Of a stretch of DNA of 64,000 bases, positions 1 to 9,643 are shown piece after piece; position 1 is the stretch's first letter, and each line of letters starts with the position of its first letter. The stretch spans positions 12,125 through 76,124 of the forward strand of contig JBBRPR010000042.1 of assembly GCA_038227875.1 (NCBI GenBank), read 5' to 3'. The position numbers and the translations under genes are program-made. The notes under the pieces were generated by a model, which saw nothing but the letters and a program-made list of their open reading frames with translations, made no database searches and was not told the DNA's origin. This DNA is from Planctomycetota bacterium. Lineage in GTDB: Bacteria > Planctomycetota > SZUA-567 > H5-PLA8.

Positions 1-793
1 CGGCGCCGGGGACGATTTTTTCGAGTTCAGCGATGAATGCCTTCGTGTCGAGAATGTCGCCGCTGACGGTGAAGGACGGCGCGTTGGGGACGGGGTGAAG
101 CGCGGCGGCGACGAAGATGTCCGCGCATTCTTCAGAGAAGGTGTACGCGGTCGGTCCGCTGAATGGAATGTCGAAATGCTTTCCCAGCAGCGCGGCAGCG
201 ATCGCTCGTGTGGGGAAGCTGGTCATGCCGACGTCGCGGCCCGGGCCGTAGACAGTCAGCGGGCGCAACCCGACGCTCATGATTTTCCGGTCGAGAAAAT
301 ACGCGCGCGCGCAGTGTTCGTTGCAGAGTTTATACGCGCCGTAGTGCGTGCCCGGCTTGGGCTGCGTCTGGTCGGTGACGCTCTGGTTGTCGTAGTCGGC
401 GTCGCTGCCAAAGACGGCGGCGCTGGACGCATAGGCGATGGCCGGCCTGTTGGGCAGCGCGCCTGCGGCTTCAAACACGGCCAGCGTGCCGATCACGTTC
501 ACGCGCGCACCGGCCAGCGGGTTGGCGCGGCAGGTTGGGACTTGCAGGCCGGCGAGATGGATGATTGCATCCGGCGCGAGCGCCTTGAAGGCTTCGAGCA
601 CCTCGTCGGGCTGATCGATGTGAATCGGCCGGAACGCGATGCGTTCAATCTGCGCGGGAGTCAGCACCATCTCCCAGCGCTTGGTGGTGCGTTCAAGATC
701 GAGCACGGTGACGGTGTGGGCATCCGCGAGCAGCTTGCGGATCACCCAGCTCCCCAAAAAACCACACCCACCCGTGACTGCTACGTGTGCCAT
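1..793 (-). CDS. NAD-dependent epimerase/dehydratase (extended SDR), runs off the window start
   Basis: Not in the ORF track. Translated by hand from the ATG at 793: MAHVAVTGGCGFLGSWVIRKLL (TGGxGFxG Rossmann motif), with IIHLAGLQVP and a YxxxK motif (THYGAYK) further on. Confidence 0.85.
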   Translation of the reverse strand, partial: MAHVAVTGGCGFLGSWVIRKLLADAHTVTVLDLERTTKRWEMVLTPAQIERIAFRPIHIDQPDEVLEAFKALAPDAIIHLAGLQVPTCRANPLAGARVNVIGTLAVFEAAGALPNRPAIAYASSAAVFGSDADYDNQSVTDQTQPKPGTHYGAYKLCNEHCARAYFLDRKIMSVGLRPLTVYGPGRDVGMTSFPTRAIAAALLGKHFDIPFSGPTAYTFSEECADIFVAAALHPVPNAPSFTVSGDILDTKAFIAELEKIVPGA

Positions 794-808
794 AACCAAT
801 TCCTCTCG

Positions 809-1570
809 TTAACCGAGCAGCGCGCCACCATCGACGGGCATGGACAGACCGGTGATAAACGACGCGTCGCTGCTGGCCAGAAACGCGGCGGCGCGTCCAA
901 TTTCCAGGATCGACGCCATGCGGCCCAGCGGCTGCGCGCTTTCGCAGGCCTTGCGCACGGCGGCGGGATCGGCCTGCTTGGCGATCCATTCGTTCATCAG
1001 CGGTGTGGCGACATTCGACGGGCAGATCGCATTGACGCGCACGCCGAATTTCGCTTCGTCTTTCGCCAGGCCCATGGTCAGACCTAGGATGCCGGCTTTG
1101 CTCGCGCAGTACGCAATCGCGTCCGACTGCCCGACCAGGCCGCGCATGCTGCTCATGTTGACCACCGCGCCCTGGCGCTTGCGGATTTCCGGCAGCGCGG
1201 CGCGGCAGAAGAGGTACATCGACTTGAGATTCAGATTCAGCATGAAGTCCCACTTGTCGGGCGTCAGCGAATCGATGGTGTGCGGAAAATGCGTGCCGGC
1301 GTTGTTGACCAGAATGTCGAGCGCGCCGTGGCGCTTTACCGTCGCCGCGACGCAGGCGTTGATGCTTTTCTCGTCGAGCACGTCGGTTTTTTCGAAGACC
1401 GCATCGCCGCCGGAATCGCGCACGGCTTTCGCTGTTGCTTCGCCTTCTTCGACGCGCAGATCGGAAATCACGACGCGCGCGCCCTCTTCAGCCAGCGCGC
1501 GGACGCAGCCTTCGCCAATGCCGCGCGACCCGCCGGTCACGATCGCGATTTTCTTTTCCAGTCGGCCCAT
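809..1570 (-). CDS. SDR family oxidoreductase
   Basis: TGGSRGIG, NNAG, YCASK and a GGALLG C-terminus. Confidence 0.92.
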   Translation of the reverse strand: MGRLEKKIAIVTGGSRGIGEGCVRALAEEGARVVISDLRVEEGEATAKAVRDSGGDAVFEKTDVLDEKSINACVAATVKRHGALDILVNNAGTHFPHTIDSLTPDKWDFMLNLNLKSMYLFCRAALPEIRKRQGAVVNMSSMRGLVGQSDAIAYCASKAGILGLTMGLAKDEAKFGVRVNAICPSNVATPLMNEWIAKQADPAAVRKACESAQPLGRMASILEIGRAAAFLASSDASFITGLSMPVDGGALLG

Positions 1571-1617
1571 AGCTGATCCTCTCGCGATTCTTCCCTTATA
1601 GGGGTGGTGCGGGACAA

Positions 1618-1639
1618 CCTAGGACCAATTGGTCCCAGG
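1618..1639. repeat. AATT-centred intergenic palindrome (22 bp, 1 mismatch)
   Basis: CCTAGGACC-AATT-GGTCCCAGG. Confidence 0.7.
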
Positions 1640-1659
1640 GTCAAAATCGAACACGGATA

Positions 1660-2856
1660 CTAAGTCTTCTTCGCCTTTCGCACGGCTTCCGCGGCCGCGT
1701 TCAGCGCACCGTCGACGGTCAGTTCGCCCGTCAGCGCGGCGCGCACGGAGCCCCAGATTGCGTCCTCGCACGCGGGGTATTCGGGGAACTTCGGCGGCAC
1801 GGCCATGCAATCGCGCAGCGTCGCTTCGAGAATCTCCAGCCGCCGCGCTTCACGCGAGGCAGGTTTGCAGGCTTCGCGGATTTTTTTCATCGCAGCGGGT
1901 CGCGCGACGATGCTGCCGCGCTGCGCATCGTCGAACTGGCTCTCTTCAGAAGTCAGGAAGCGGAGCAGTTCCAGCGCCGCCGGAACATCGCGCGCGCCGG
2001 TGCTCAACGCGAACGAATGGCCGCCGGAGTAAACGCGGCGTTTGCCCGACGGGCCGACCGGGTAGATCGCGACGTCGAAGCGCGTGCGAACGGCCGGGGC
2101 GCTCTGGTAACCGTGGTAGCCGCCGGGCCAGTCGGTGGTCATCGCGGCTTTGCCGGCCTGAAAATGCTCGGCGACCTGATCGTAGTGCCAGTCGATCAGT
2201 TCCTTCGGCGCGCACCCGCGGTACAGTTCGACCAGCGTCGAGACGGCGTAGCGGCCGGCATCCGTGACGAAACCCGGTTCGAGGTCCGCGGTGAAGAGTT
2301 CGCCACCGGCGCTTTCGAGAATTTCGTAGAAGTGGCCGAAGAGTCCGGATTCCTTGCCGGGAAAGACGAACCCGTTGCGTCCGGCGCCCTGGTTGCAGAA
2401 CGCGGCGATCTCGATGAGTTCATCCCACGTTCGCGGCGGCGCGAGGTCGCGTTCGTGCTGCGCTTTGAAGACAAACTGGAAGTTTGGATCTTCGAACAGA
2501 TCGCGGCGGTAGAGCAGAATCTTGGTGTCGATCACGCGCGGCAGTTGCAACAGTTTGCCGCGGTAGCGCATCAGCTCCAGCGCGGAAGGCTCGAAGCCCG
2601 CGAGCTCCTCCTTGCCGAGCAGTTCGTCGAGCGGCCGCAGAAATTGCGCCTGGCTGGGCGAATATTTTGAATGCGTCGAGACAAGATCGTACTCCGCACC
2701 ATGTTTGGCGAGGTGCTCGTTGAGCGACGGGTGATCGCCTTTAAAGCCGACTTCGACGCGCACGCCGGTGCGCTTTTCGAATTCCGGCAGGCGCGCGTAC
2801 AGGCCATCGTACATCGGGCCGCCGACAAAGGCTGCTTTCAACGCTGCGACGGGCAT
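1660..2856 (-). CDS. Sugar ABC-type solute-binding-fold protein without an evident signal peptide
   Basis: SBP family 1-like motifs LLYRRDLF, PPRTWDELIEIA, FQAGKAAM and ALTGELTVDGAL. Confidence 0.8.
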   Translation of the reverse strand: MPVAALKAAFVGGPMYDGLYARLPEFEKRTGVRVEVGFKGDHPSLNEHLAKHGAEYDLVSTHSKYSPSQAQFLRPLDELLGKEELAGFEPSALELMRYRGKLLQLPRVIDTKILLYRRDLFEDPNFQFVFKAQHERDLAPPRTWDELIEIAAFCNQGAGRNGFVFPGKESGLFGHFYEILESAGGELFTADLEPGFVTDAGRYAVSTLVELYRGCAPKELIDWHYDQVAEHFQAGKAAMTTDWPGGYHGYQSAPAVRTRFDVAIYPVGPSGKRRVYSGGHSFALSTGARDVPAALELLRFLTSEESQFDDAQRGSIVARPAAMKKIREACKPASREARRLEILEATLRDCMAVPPKFPEYPACEDAIWGSVRAALTGELTVDGALNAAAEAVRKAKKT

Positions 2857-3806
2857 CAGGATTCCTTTCCATGCAGCGCGAGATCCTGCGCCAGGCGTTC
2901 GACGGACGTATCACGCGCGCGAATGAGATGTTCGCGCAGCGCCTTAATGGCACGCTTGCGATCGCGGCCGAGCATCGCGCGCAGAATTTCCACGTGTTCG
3001 CGGAACGTCTGCTGCATGCGACCCAGCACCCGCCATGGCGGAGCGACGGCGATCACGCGCAAGCCTTCCTGCTCTTCCATCGCGCGGCGTAATAATGTGT
3101 TGGGGCAGGCGTTCAGAATCGTGCGGTGGAATTCAAGATCCAGCGCTACGCCCTCGTCCATGGAGATGCTGCGGGATTCGTTGGTGGCGGCGAGAGTGCG
3201 CTTCAACAGGTCTTTGAGCGCAGCGAGATCGAGGAAATCCCAAGCGGAGTCGAGCGCCGCCGGTTCGATGGCGAGGCGGAATTCATAGAGGTCGATGATT
3301 TCGCGCGGCCCGACGACGATGCGCTTCCAGCCGCGGCGCGGCAGCGGTTCGAGCAGGTTCTGGCGCGCCAGCAGACTCAGCGCGCGGTTGGCCGTGGTCC
3401 GGGAGACGCCAAGCTTGCGGGCGATCACCGCATCCTTGATGATCGTGTCGCCGTGTCCGTTCTCTGAACTCAACAACATGCGCAGCCGCTGCGCGATATC
3501 GACGAACGCCGGCTGGATGCCCGTCGCGCTGGTGTCGCTGCGTTTGAAGGCCTGGGATTTCAGGATTGTCCGCGCCAGCGGCGGCGTGGCCTGGACCCGC
3601 GCGCCGAAACGTTCGCGGATGGTCACCGCGCGGAGCTTCTGCAGAAACTGCAAGGCCTGGCGCACCGGCGTGCGTGAAACGTTGCAGGCGTCGGAGTACT
3701 TTGCTTCCGAAACGCGATCGCCCTGGCGCAACTTGCCTGCCGCGATATCCTCCAGCACACGTCGCGCGACCGGCAGATTTAGTTTTCCGCGTCTTGTACT
3801 TTGCAT
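2856..3806 (-). CDS. GntR/FadR regulator with two HTH domains and an FCD domain
   Basis: HTH1 (CNVSRTPVRQAL), HTH2 (LGVSRTTANRAL) and FCD (LYEFRLAIEP, LDLEFHRTI, EHVEIL). Start trimmed to ATG 3806 (alternative 3827) because the track ORF overlaps the + strand gene. Confidence 0.85.
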   Translation of the reverse strand: MQSTRRGKLNLPVARRVLEDIAAGKLRQGDRVSEAKYSDACNVSRTPVRQALQFLQKLRAVTIRERFGARVQATPPLARTILKSQAFKRSDTSATGIQPAFVDIAQRLRMLLSSENGHGDTIIKDAVIARKLGVSRTTANRALSLLARQNLLEPLPRRGWKRIVVGPREIIDLYEFRLAIEPAALDSAWDFLDLAALKDLLKRTLAATNESRSISMDEGVALDLEFHRTILNACPNTLLRRAMEEQEGLRVIAVAPPWRVLGRMQQTFREHVEILRAMLGRDRKRAIKALREHLIRARDTSVERLAQDLALHGKES

Positions 3807-3935
3807 GCATTGTACGATATCCAGCATCCGGTGCGGGTCAATACAATTTTCCGCGCACTTGACGCGGAGAGAAGAGGGCTTGAGCTCCCCACAACGTCGC
3901 TTTATTGGAATCCAGTTCCGGCGATAATGTTTTTC

Positions 3936-4436
3936 ATGACCGAGACCCACGAAAACGTTCCACGCACCGCGCCGCTGGCAGTATTCGTCGACGCCGACGC
4001 CTGTCCGGCACGCGACGAGATCGTGCTGATCTGCAAGCGGCACACGGTCGTGCCCACGTTTGTCGCCAACAAGGAGATCCTCGCGATCACCAACAGCGCC
4101 AGCGCGGCGATGAAAGTCGTCGACGGCGATTTCGACGCCGCGGACAACTGGCTGATCGAGCAGGCCAACGAAGGCGACCTGATTCTCACGGCCGATCTTC
4201 TGCTGGCACAGCGCGCGGTGAAGAAGAAGGTTGAAGTGATGAACTTTTCCGGCAACGTCTGGACTGACGATGTGATCCACGATCTCGTGGCGCGGCGGGA
4301 GGTTCAGAAGTATCTTCGTGAGATGAGCCTGCCCAGCCACCAGCCGGTGCCCTACTCCAAGGAAAACCGCTCGCGGCTCAAATCGTCGCTCCACCAGTGG
4401 CTGGAATCGCGGCTGCGCGCACGGAAGGGAAACTAA
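3936..4436 (+). CDS. YaiI/YqxD (DUF188) family protein
   Basis: VFVDADACP, DAADNWL and GDLILTADLLLA. Confidence 0.88.
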   Translation: MTETHENVPRTAPLAVFVDADACPARDEIVLICKRHTVVPTFVANKEILAITNSASAAMKVVDGDFDAADNWLIEQANEGDLILTADLLLAQRAVKKKVEVMNFSGNVWTDDVIHDLVARREVQKYLREMSLPSHQPVPYSKENRSRLKSSLHQWLESRLRARKGN

Positions 4437-4446
4437 AACACAGACC

Positions 4447-5643
4447 ATGACTTTTGACTACGCCATCGCCGGCGGCGGCATTGTCGGACTTTCAACCGCG
4501 ATGAAGCTGCTGGAAACCAACCCCGCTCTGCGCGTCACAGTAATCGAGAAGGAAGACCAGGTCGGCGTCCACCAGACCGGTAGCAACAGCGGCGTGATTC
4601 ACTCGGGCCTTTATTACAAACCCGGTTCGAGCAAGGCCAAGACCTGCGTCGAAGGCCGGCGCCTGATGGTCGAATTCTGCAAGCAGCACGGCGTCGCGCA
4701 CGATGTCTGCGGCAAAATCGTCGTTGCCACCGAAGAATATGAACTGCCGAAGCTGAGCGAACTGTTCGCGCGCGCGAAGGCCAACGGCGTCGAAGGCGTG
4801 GAGGAGATTGGTCCGGAACGGATGCGCGAAATCGAGCCGCATGTTCGCGGCATCAAAGGGCTGTGGGTACCGACGACCGGCATCGCCGATTATCCCGGCG
4901 TCGCACGGAAGTACGCCGAATTGATTCAAACCAAGGGTGGCAGCGTCCAACTGGGCACCGCGGTTACCCGCATTTCGCACCGCGGAGACGAGACGGTGAT
5001 CGCCACGACGAAAGGCGAGGTGCTCACCAAAACGCTGATCAACTGTTGCGGCCTGCATTCCGACCGCGTCGCGCGTCTGGCGGGATTAAAGCCCGATGCG
5101 AAGATCGTTCCGTTCCGGGGCGAATATTACAAGCTCAAGCCCGAGCGCTACAGCCTCGTGCGCAACCTGATCTACCCGGTGCCGGATCCGCGCTTTCCCT
5201 TTCTTGGCGTCCATTTTACGCGCATGATTCTCGGCGGCGTTGAAGCGGGACCCAACGCGGTGCTGGCCTTTAAGCGCGAAGGCTACACGCGCCTTTCATT
5301 CAATTTTCGCGACAGTTTTGAAACGCTGACCTACGGCGGCTTCTGGCACCTGGCGTTCAAGTTCTGGAAGACGGGCATGGGCGAAATGTACCGCAGCGTC
5401 AGCAAGGCCGCGTTCGTGCGCGCACTCCAGAAACTGATTCCCGAAATCCAAGCGCAGGATCTGGAGGACGGCGGCGCCGGCGTTCGCGCTCAAGCGCTGT
5501 TGCCCGATGGCGCGCTGGTCGACGACTTCAAAATCATCCGCGACGGCAGCGCCGTGCACGTGCTCAATGCCCCGTCGCCGGCGGCGACGGCGAGTTTGAG
5601 CATCGGAGCGCAAATTGCGGCGATGGCGGTGAGTGGCGCATAG
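4447..5643 (+). CDS. lhgO: L-2-hydroxyglutarate oxidase
   Basis: GGGIVG, HQTGSNSGVIHSGLYYKPGS, PFRGEYY, YPVPDPRFPFLGVHFT and NAPSPAATASL. Confidence 0.92.
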   Translation: MTFDYAIAGGGIVGLSTAMKLLETNPALRVTVIEKEDQVGVHQTGSNSGVIHSGLYYKPGSSKAKTCVEGRRLMVEFCKQHGVAHDVCGKIVVATEEYELPKLSELFARAKANGVEGVEEIGPERMREIEPHVRGIKGLWVPTTGIADYPGVARKYAELIQTKGGSVQLGTAVTRISHRGDETVIATTKGEVLTKTLINCCGLHSDRVARLAGLKPDAKIVPFRGEYYKLKPERYSLVRNLIYPVPDPRFPFLGVHFTRMILGGVEAGPNAVLAFKREGYTRLSFNFRDSFETLTYGGFWHLAFKFWKTGMGEMYRSVSKAAFVRALQKLIPEIQAQDLEDGGAGVRAQALLPDGALVDDFKIIRDGSAVHVLNAPSPAATASLSIGAQIAAMAVSGA

Positions 5644-5715
5644 CGACGGAGTGATGGATTTCTGTTGCGCGATATTCGTATTCGGATCAAATGGATTAAA
5701 TAATTGGGGGCGTCG

Positions 5716-6330
5716 ATGATGCGCGTCGGAATTGTCTGTTTGCTGTTACTGTCCAGTATTGCTCTGGCTGAAGAAGTTTCACCTCCCACTCCGACTCCCG
5801 CGCCTGCGAAAACCGATTCACCGGCGCTATTGACGCCACGGGACGATGTCAAAGGCGTGAAGAACTTCGCGAAAGTCAGTGAGATCCTCTACCGCGGCGA
5901 GCAGCCGACGGCCGAGGGCTTCGCGGAACTGAAGAAGATGGGCATCAAGACCGTCGTCAATCTGCGCGCGTTTCACAGCGATCGCGACGAACTGGCCGGC
6001 GCCGGGTTGCAGTATGTCCACATCAACTGCAAGGCGTGGCATCCGGAAGAAGAAGACGTCGCGCAATTTTTAAAGCTGCTCAAAGACCCGAAGAATCTCC
6101 CCGTGTTCGTGCACTGCCAGCACGGCGCCGACCGCACCGGGATGATGGTCGCGTCGTACCGCATCGTCGAGCAAGGCTGGAATCCCGATGACGCGGCGCG
6201 AGAGACCCACAATTTCGGCTTCCACGCGATCTTCACTGAGATTCAGACCTTTCTAAAACGCTTCGATGCTACCGCGATGGCCAAGAAGGTGACGGAAGCC
6301 ACTGCTCCGAAAATTGACATCGTAAAATAG
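5716..6330 (+). CDS. Secreted dual-specificity/tyrosine phosphatase family protein
   Basis: Signal peptide, LYRGEQP, and the CX5R P-loop VHCQHGADRTG. Confidence 0.88.
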   Translation: MMRVGIVCLLLLSSIALAEEVSPPTPTPAPAKTDSPALLTPRDDVKGVKNFAKVSEILYRGEQPTAEGFAELKKMGIKTVVNLRAFHSDRDELAGAGLQYVHINCKAWHPEEEDVAQFLKLLKDPKNLPVFVHCQHGADRTGMMVASYRIVEQGWNPDDAARETHNFGFHAIFTEIQTFLKRFDATAMAKKVTEATAPKIDIVK

Positions 6331-6519
6331 AATTTCAAAGCAGCTCGGACAAATCTTCCTGCTATTTCAGCTCCAGCAACACACGTGCACACGATTTTTC
6401 GTGTTTTTACGAGCTCGTACGTTGACGAATATATTTTCTATTACAGAATCAGATCACTTAAAACGTATGAAGGTATGGAAGGGCTAAAAACTCACAGCAC
6501 AACGCGGAGGGGAATACCA

Positions 6520-7881
6520 GTGGCCAAGCCAAGACGAAAAGGCGCGTCGAAACAATTACTTATTCTATTAGTAGGTGGTTTTTTTATCGGAGTGGCCGGA
6601 ATAGCTTTTTACTTCGTTTATCAAGCTTCACTGGATGTCTCGAAATCACACGCAGCCATTGATACCGGGCCGAGTTCGCAGCTGGATGATGGCACTGAGA
6701 TGAGCCCCGCGACGCGCGCCAAAGTCGCGGATGCGACGGTGATCGTGCGCGTGAAAAATGGCAAGACAGTCACGCTGGGCAGCGGCTTCTTCTGCCGCCG
6801 CGGAATCGTGGTGACGGACGTGGACGTGCTGGGTGAAATTCCAGACGTTCAGAGTTTCTCCGGATCGCTGGAAGTGGTGCTCAACGCCGGCGTCGCTGGA
6901 AAAGAAACAGTCTGTCCGGCCAAGCTCACGGTGCTTGATCCGTACTCGCGCCTGGCGTTCATTAAACCAGATGGCTTGAAGTTGGCGCCAGAACCCTTGG
7001 ACCTGGGATCGACGCAATTTGTCGGCGAGACCACGCCGCTGTTTGTCGCCCAGTGCACCCCCTCGGCTACCAAGCCCGGCGAAGGAGACACGGTCGAGAT
7101 TGCCAAATGCGCCGTCTCGCACTCGGAGTTTCGCAAGTCTGGCACGCAGGTGTTGATTGTCGAAGGCGCGTTTGGCCAGGCGTGCGGTGGCGCTCCCGTG
7201 CTCAACCAGAAGGGCCAACTGTTGGCGCTCATTCCACACCATAAGAAGGCCTTGAACTCCAGCGCCACCGTGCCGCTGGCGGACGTGACGTTTTCGATCA
7301 ATGGATACGTCTCCGACTTGAGCGTCAAGACCCGCACCAAGAATGGCGACCGCTACACGTTCGATATCAGCGCCAACTGCATCGACCCCCTCGACGTCGC
7401 CCGCGGCGTCACCTTCTATTACTGGACGGCCGGCGAAGGCAATGCCAATCCGACTGCCAAGACCGCCGTGGCCTTGACCCGCGTGGGAAACACGTCCACC
7501 TGGAAGGGCTCGGTCTCGGATCTTGTCGTCGCCAAGCGTTCGGAATTCTGGGCGCAGACCGGATTCAAAGCCGGCGAAGCAGAAGTGGCCGACGCCGCGT
7601 TCAATCGTGCCGCCGAATTGGGCGTTCCCGGCGCGCAGCCTGTCGTCGTGGAAGCGCCTCGTCCGCAAGCGCCGCGCTACGTGCCGCCGCCGCAGGTCGT
7701 GAAGCGCGTTGTCGTTCAGCAGCCGGTTGCGCCGCCACCACCGCCGGATTCGCCCGGCTGGAACCTGGGCTACACTACCGACCAAAGCAGCAACCGTCCG
7801 AGCGGTGACTATGAAACAAAAGGGAATTCCTGGGACAACCCCAACAAGTCCGTCAGCCCGGTGATTACACGGCGGCGCTAA
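6520..7881 (+). CDS. Membrane-anchored trypsin-like (S1) domain protein, probably catalytically inactive
   Basis: N-terminal TM, LGSGFF, IVVTDVDVL in place of TNxHV, ACGGAPVLNQKGQL in place of GNSGGP. GTG start at 6520 after GGAGG. Confidence 0.7.
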   Translation: MAKPRRKGASKQLLILLVGGFFIGVAGIAFYFVYQASLDVSKSHAAIDTGPSSQLDDGTEMSPATRAKVADATVIVRVKNGKTVTLGSGFFCRRGIVVTDVDVLGEIPDVQSFSGSLEVVLNAGVAGKETVCPAKLTVLDPYSRLAFIKPDGLKLAPEPLDLGSTQFVGETTPLFVAQCTPSATKPGEGDTVEIAKCAVSHSEFRKSGTQVLIVEGAFGQACGGAPVLNQKGQLLALIPHHKKALNSSATVPLADVTFSINGYVSDLSVKTRTKNGDRYTFDISANCIDPLDVARGVTFYYWTAGEGNANPTAKTAVALTRVGNTSTWKGSVSDLVVAKRSEFWAQTGFKAGEAEVADAAFNRAAELGVPGAQPVVVEAPRPQAPRYVPPPQVVKRVVVQQPVAPPPPPDSPGWNLGYTTDQSSNRPSGDYETKGNSWDNPNKSVSPVITRRR

Positions 7882-7913
7882 GCGCAGCCGGTACGAGTTA
7901 CTGGAGGTGAACG

Positions 7914-9626
7914 ATGAAACTATTGAAACCCATCGTGATTCTTCTGCTCGGCGTCGGCATCGGTGTGGCGATCGCGTCGACGATGAAGAATCCGTTTGCG
8001 CGGCCGGCGGACGACTCGGACCGCGACGTGAAGCCCTCCGCGACGGCATTGTCCGTGGACAAGACGGCCGCGCCCGCAAAGACGACGCCTCCTGTCGTCG
8101 CTCCTCCCTTGCCCAAAGCCGTCGCCACCGCGCCGGTAAAAGTCGAAGCAGAAACGCCGCCCGCTTCCCGGCCCGCGCCCGCGTCGGCGCCAGCGGTTGC
8201 CGAAGTGACCAATGGTGTTCCAGCGCTTCTGGCACGCCGTCCATTGAAACTCGGTGGCGGCGAAAACGCGGCGGAAGGTGTGGGCCTTGCACCGGAAGTC
8301 GCCAGCAAAGTCTGGGACGCGAGCGTCTATCTTCGCGCTACGCTGGCCGGGCAGAAATTTGAGGCGTGCGGTTTCTTCTGCCGACCGGGATTGATCGCCG
8401 CGAACTCCTCATTGCTGGGCATCCCGCGCAGCAAGCGCGCAGTTCCTTCGGGTTTCACGGTGATCAGTGAAGACGGGAAGGCCTTGCGCCTGGCCGGCTA
8501 TGATCCCGATTCGGGCCTGGTGTACTTCCGCGGCACAAGCTCCACCAACGCCATACTTCCCCTGGCCGACGACAGCAACCTTCGCCCTCAAATGGCTGTT
8601 TGGTATCCACGCTTTCTCGTCGATCACGACACGGTGAACCGCTCCTCCTTTGGCGTCGGTGAAATCAACGGTGTGCGCATTGACCCGGCGACCGCTCAAT
8701 TGAACTTCGTCGGGATCATCAGCGATTTTAAGCTCGATTGCGCCGGTACTCCCTGCGTCGACGCCGACGGGCATCTCGTCGCGCTGGCCGGTGCAACTCC
8801 GGAAGAAACGGCGACCGGGTTGGCCATCTCGTGCGGCGACATCCGTCGCTCGTTGAAAGGCCGCATCGGTTCCACGTTCGTCCGGAAGATCGCCGACGCC
8901 GCCGATTCTTACACGTTTGAGGTTGGTGTGGAGTCGATCGATCCGGCCGAAAAAATCCGCTCCGTCAATTTCTACTATTGGACGGTGAAGGTCGATTCGC
9001 AGGGCCAATCCAAGAGCGGCAGCATGACGCGCCTGCCGCTGGTGCGCGACTCAAGCACAGGCAAATGGCGTGGCGCAGTGGCGAGCCTGAAGATGCCGCC
9101 GGGCACCAAGCTGTGGATGCAGACGGGCTACTACGGTGCAGAACGCGATGAATTGCTCTCTGAACCGCTGGACTGCGCGGTGCAACTCGGCGTTCCCGAT
9201 GCGCCGCCGCCGGTGCCGATCGTCGCGGATGCCGACCACGCACCGCCGCACGCGCGCGTGGAGTACATTCCGCAAGGCGGTCCGACGCGATCGTTCTTTG
9301 TCGGCACGCAGACCACGACGACCACGGTTTCCTATTTGATCACCACCGACGCGGGGACGACGCGCATCGATTACATCTATACCAATCCCCCACCCGCGCC
9401 GCCGCCAGATTCGCCGGGTTGGAATCTGGGCTACGTCACCGACCCGACTTCGGGGCATCCCTCGGGCCAGTACGAACTCGCCGACAGGTACGGCTACAGC
9501 AACTACAATTACGGCGGATATGGAAATTACGGATATGGTTACAGCGGGTACAGGAGCTACAACAATTATTCGAACTACTACCAGAACGTGCCGAATTACA
9601 CGCATTACACACCGGGGCGTCGCTGA
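7914..9626 (+). CDS. Trypsin-like domain paralogue with a Tyr/Gly/Asn-rich tail
   Basis: Signal/TM, ACGFF, CAGTPCVDADGHLVAL; C-terminal motif shared with the preceding gene; GGAGG RBS. Confidence 0.7.
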   Translation: MKLLKPIVILLLGVGIGVAIASTMKNPFARPADDSDRDVKPSATALSVDKTAAPAKTTPPVVAPPLPKAVATAPVKVEAETPPASRPAPASAPAVAEVTNGVPALLARRPLKLGGGENAAEGVGLAPEVASKVWDASVYLRATLAGQKFEACGFFCRPGLIAANSSLLGIPRSKRAVPSGFTVISEDGKALRLAGYDPDSGLVYFRGTSSTNAILPLADDSNLRPQMAVWYPRFLVDHDTVNRSSFGVGEINGVRIDPATAQLNFVGIISDFKLDCAGTPCVDADGHLVALAGATPEETATGLAISCGDIRRSLKGRIGSTFVRKIADAADSYTFEVGVESIDPAEKIRSVNFYYWTVKVDSQGQSKSGSMTRLPLVRDSSTGKWRGAVASLKMPPGTKLWMQTGYYGAERDELLSEPLDCAVQLGVPDAPPPVPIVADADHAPPHARVEYIPQGGPTRSFFVGTQTTTTTVSYLITTDAGTTRIDYIYTNPPPAPPPDSPGWNLGYVTDPTSGHPSGQYELADRYGYSNYNYGGYGNYGYGYSGYRSYNNYSNYYQNVPNYTHYTPGRR

Positions 9627-9643
9627 TTTAAATCAGCGATGCA

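Noticed and set aside
95..1087. 330-aa + strand ORF and the many other long antisense ORFs (e.g. 6646..8292, 27680..29086, 33760..35130, 45894..47291)
   Set aside because: Shadow ORFs opposite motif-supported genes, expected in high-GC DNA, with no recognisable motifs.
3807..4448. N-terminal 200-aa extension of the GntR ORF in the track
   Set aside because: It is antisense to the YaiI-family gene; GntR similarity starts only at about 3806.
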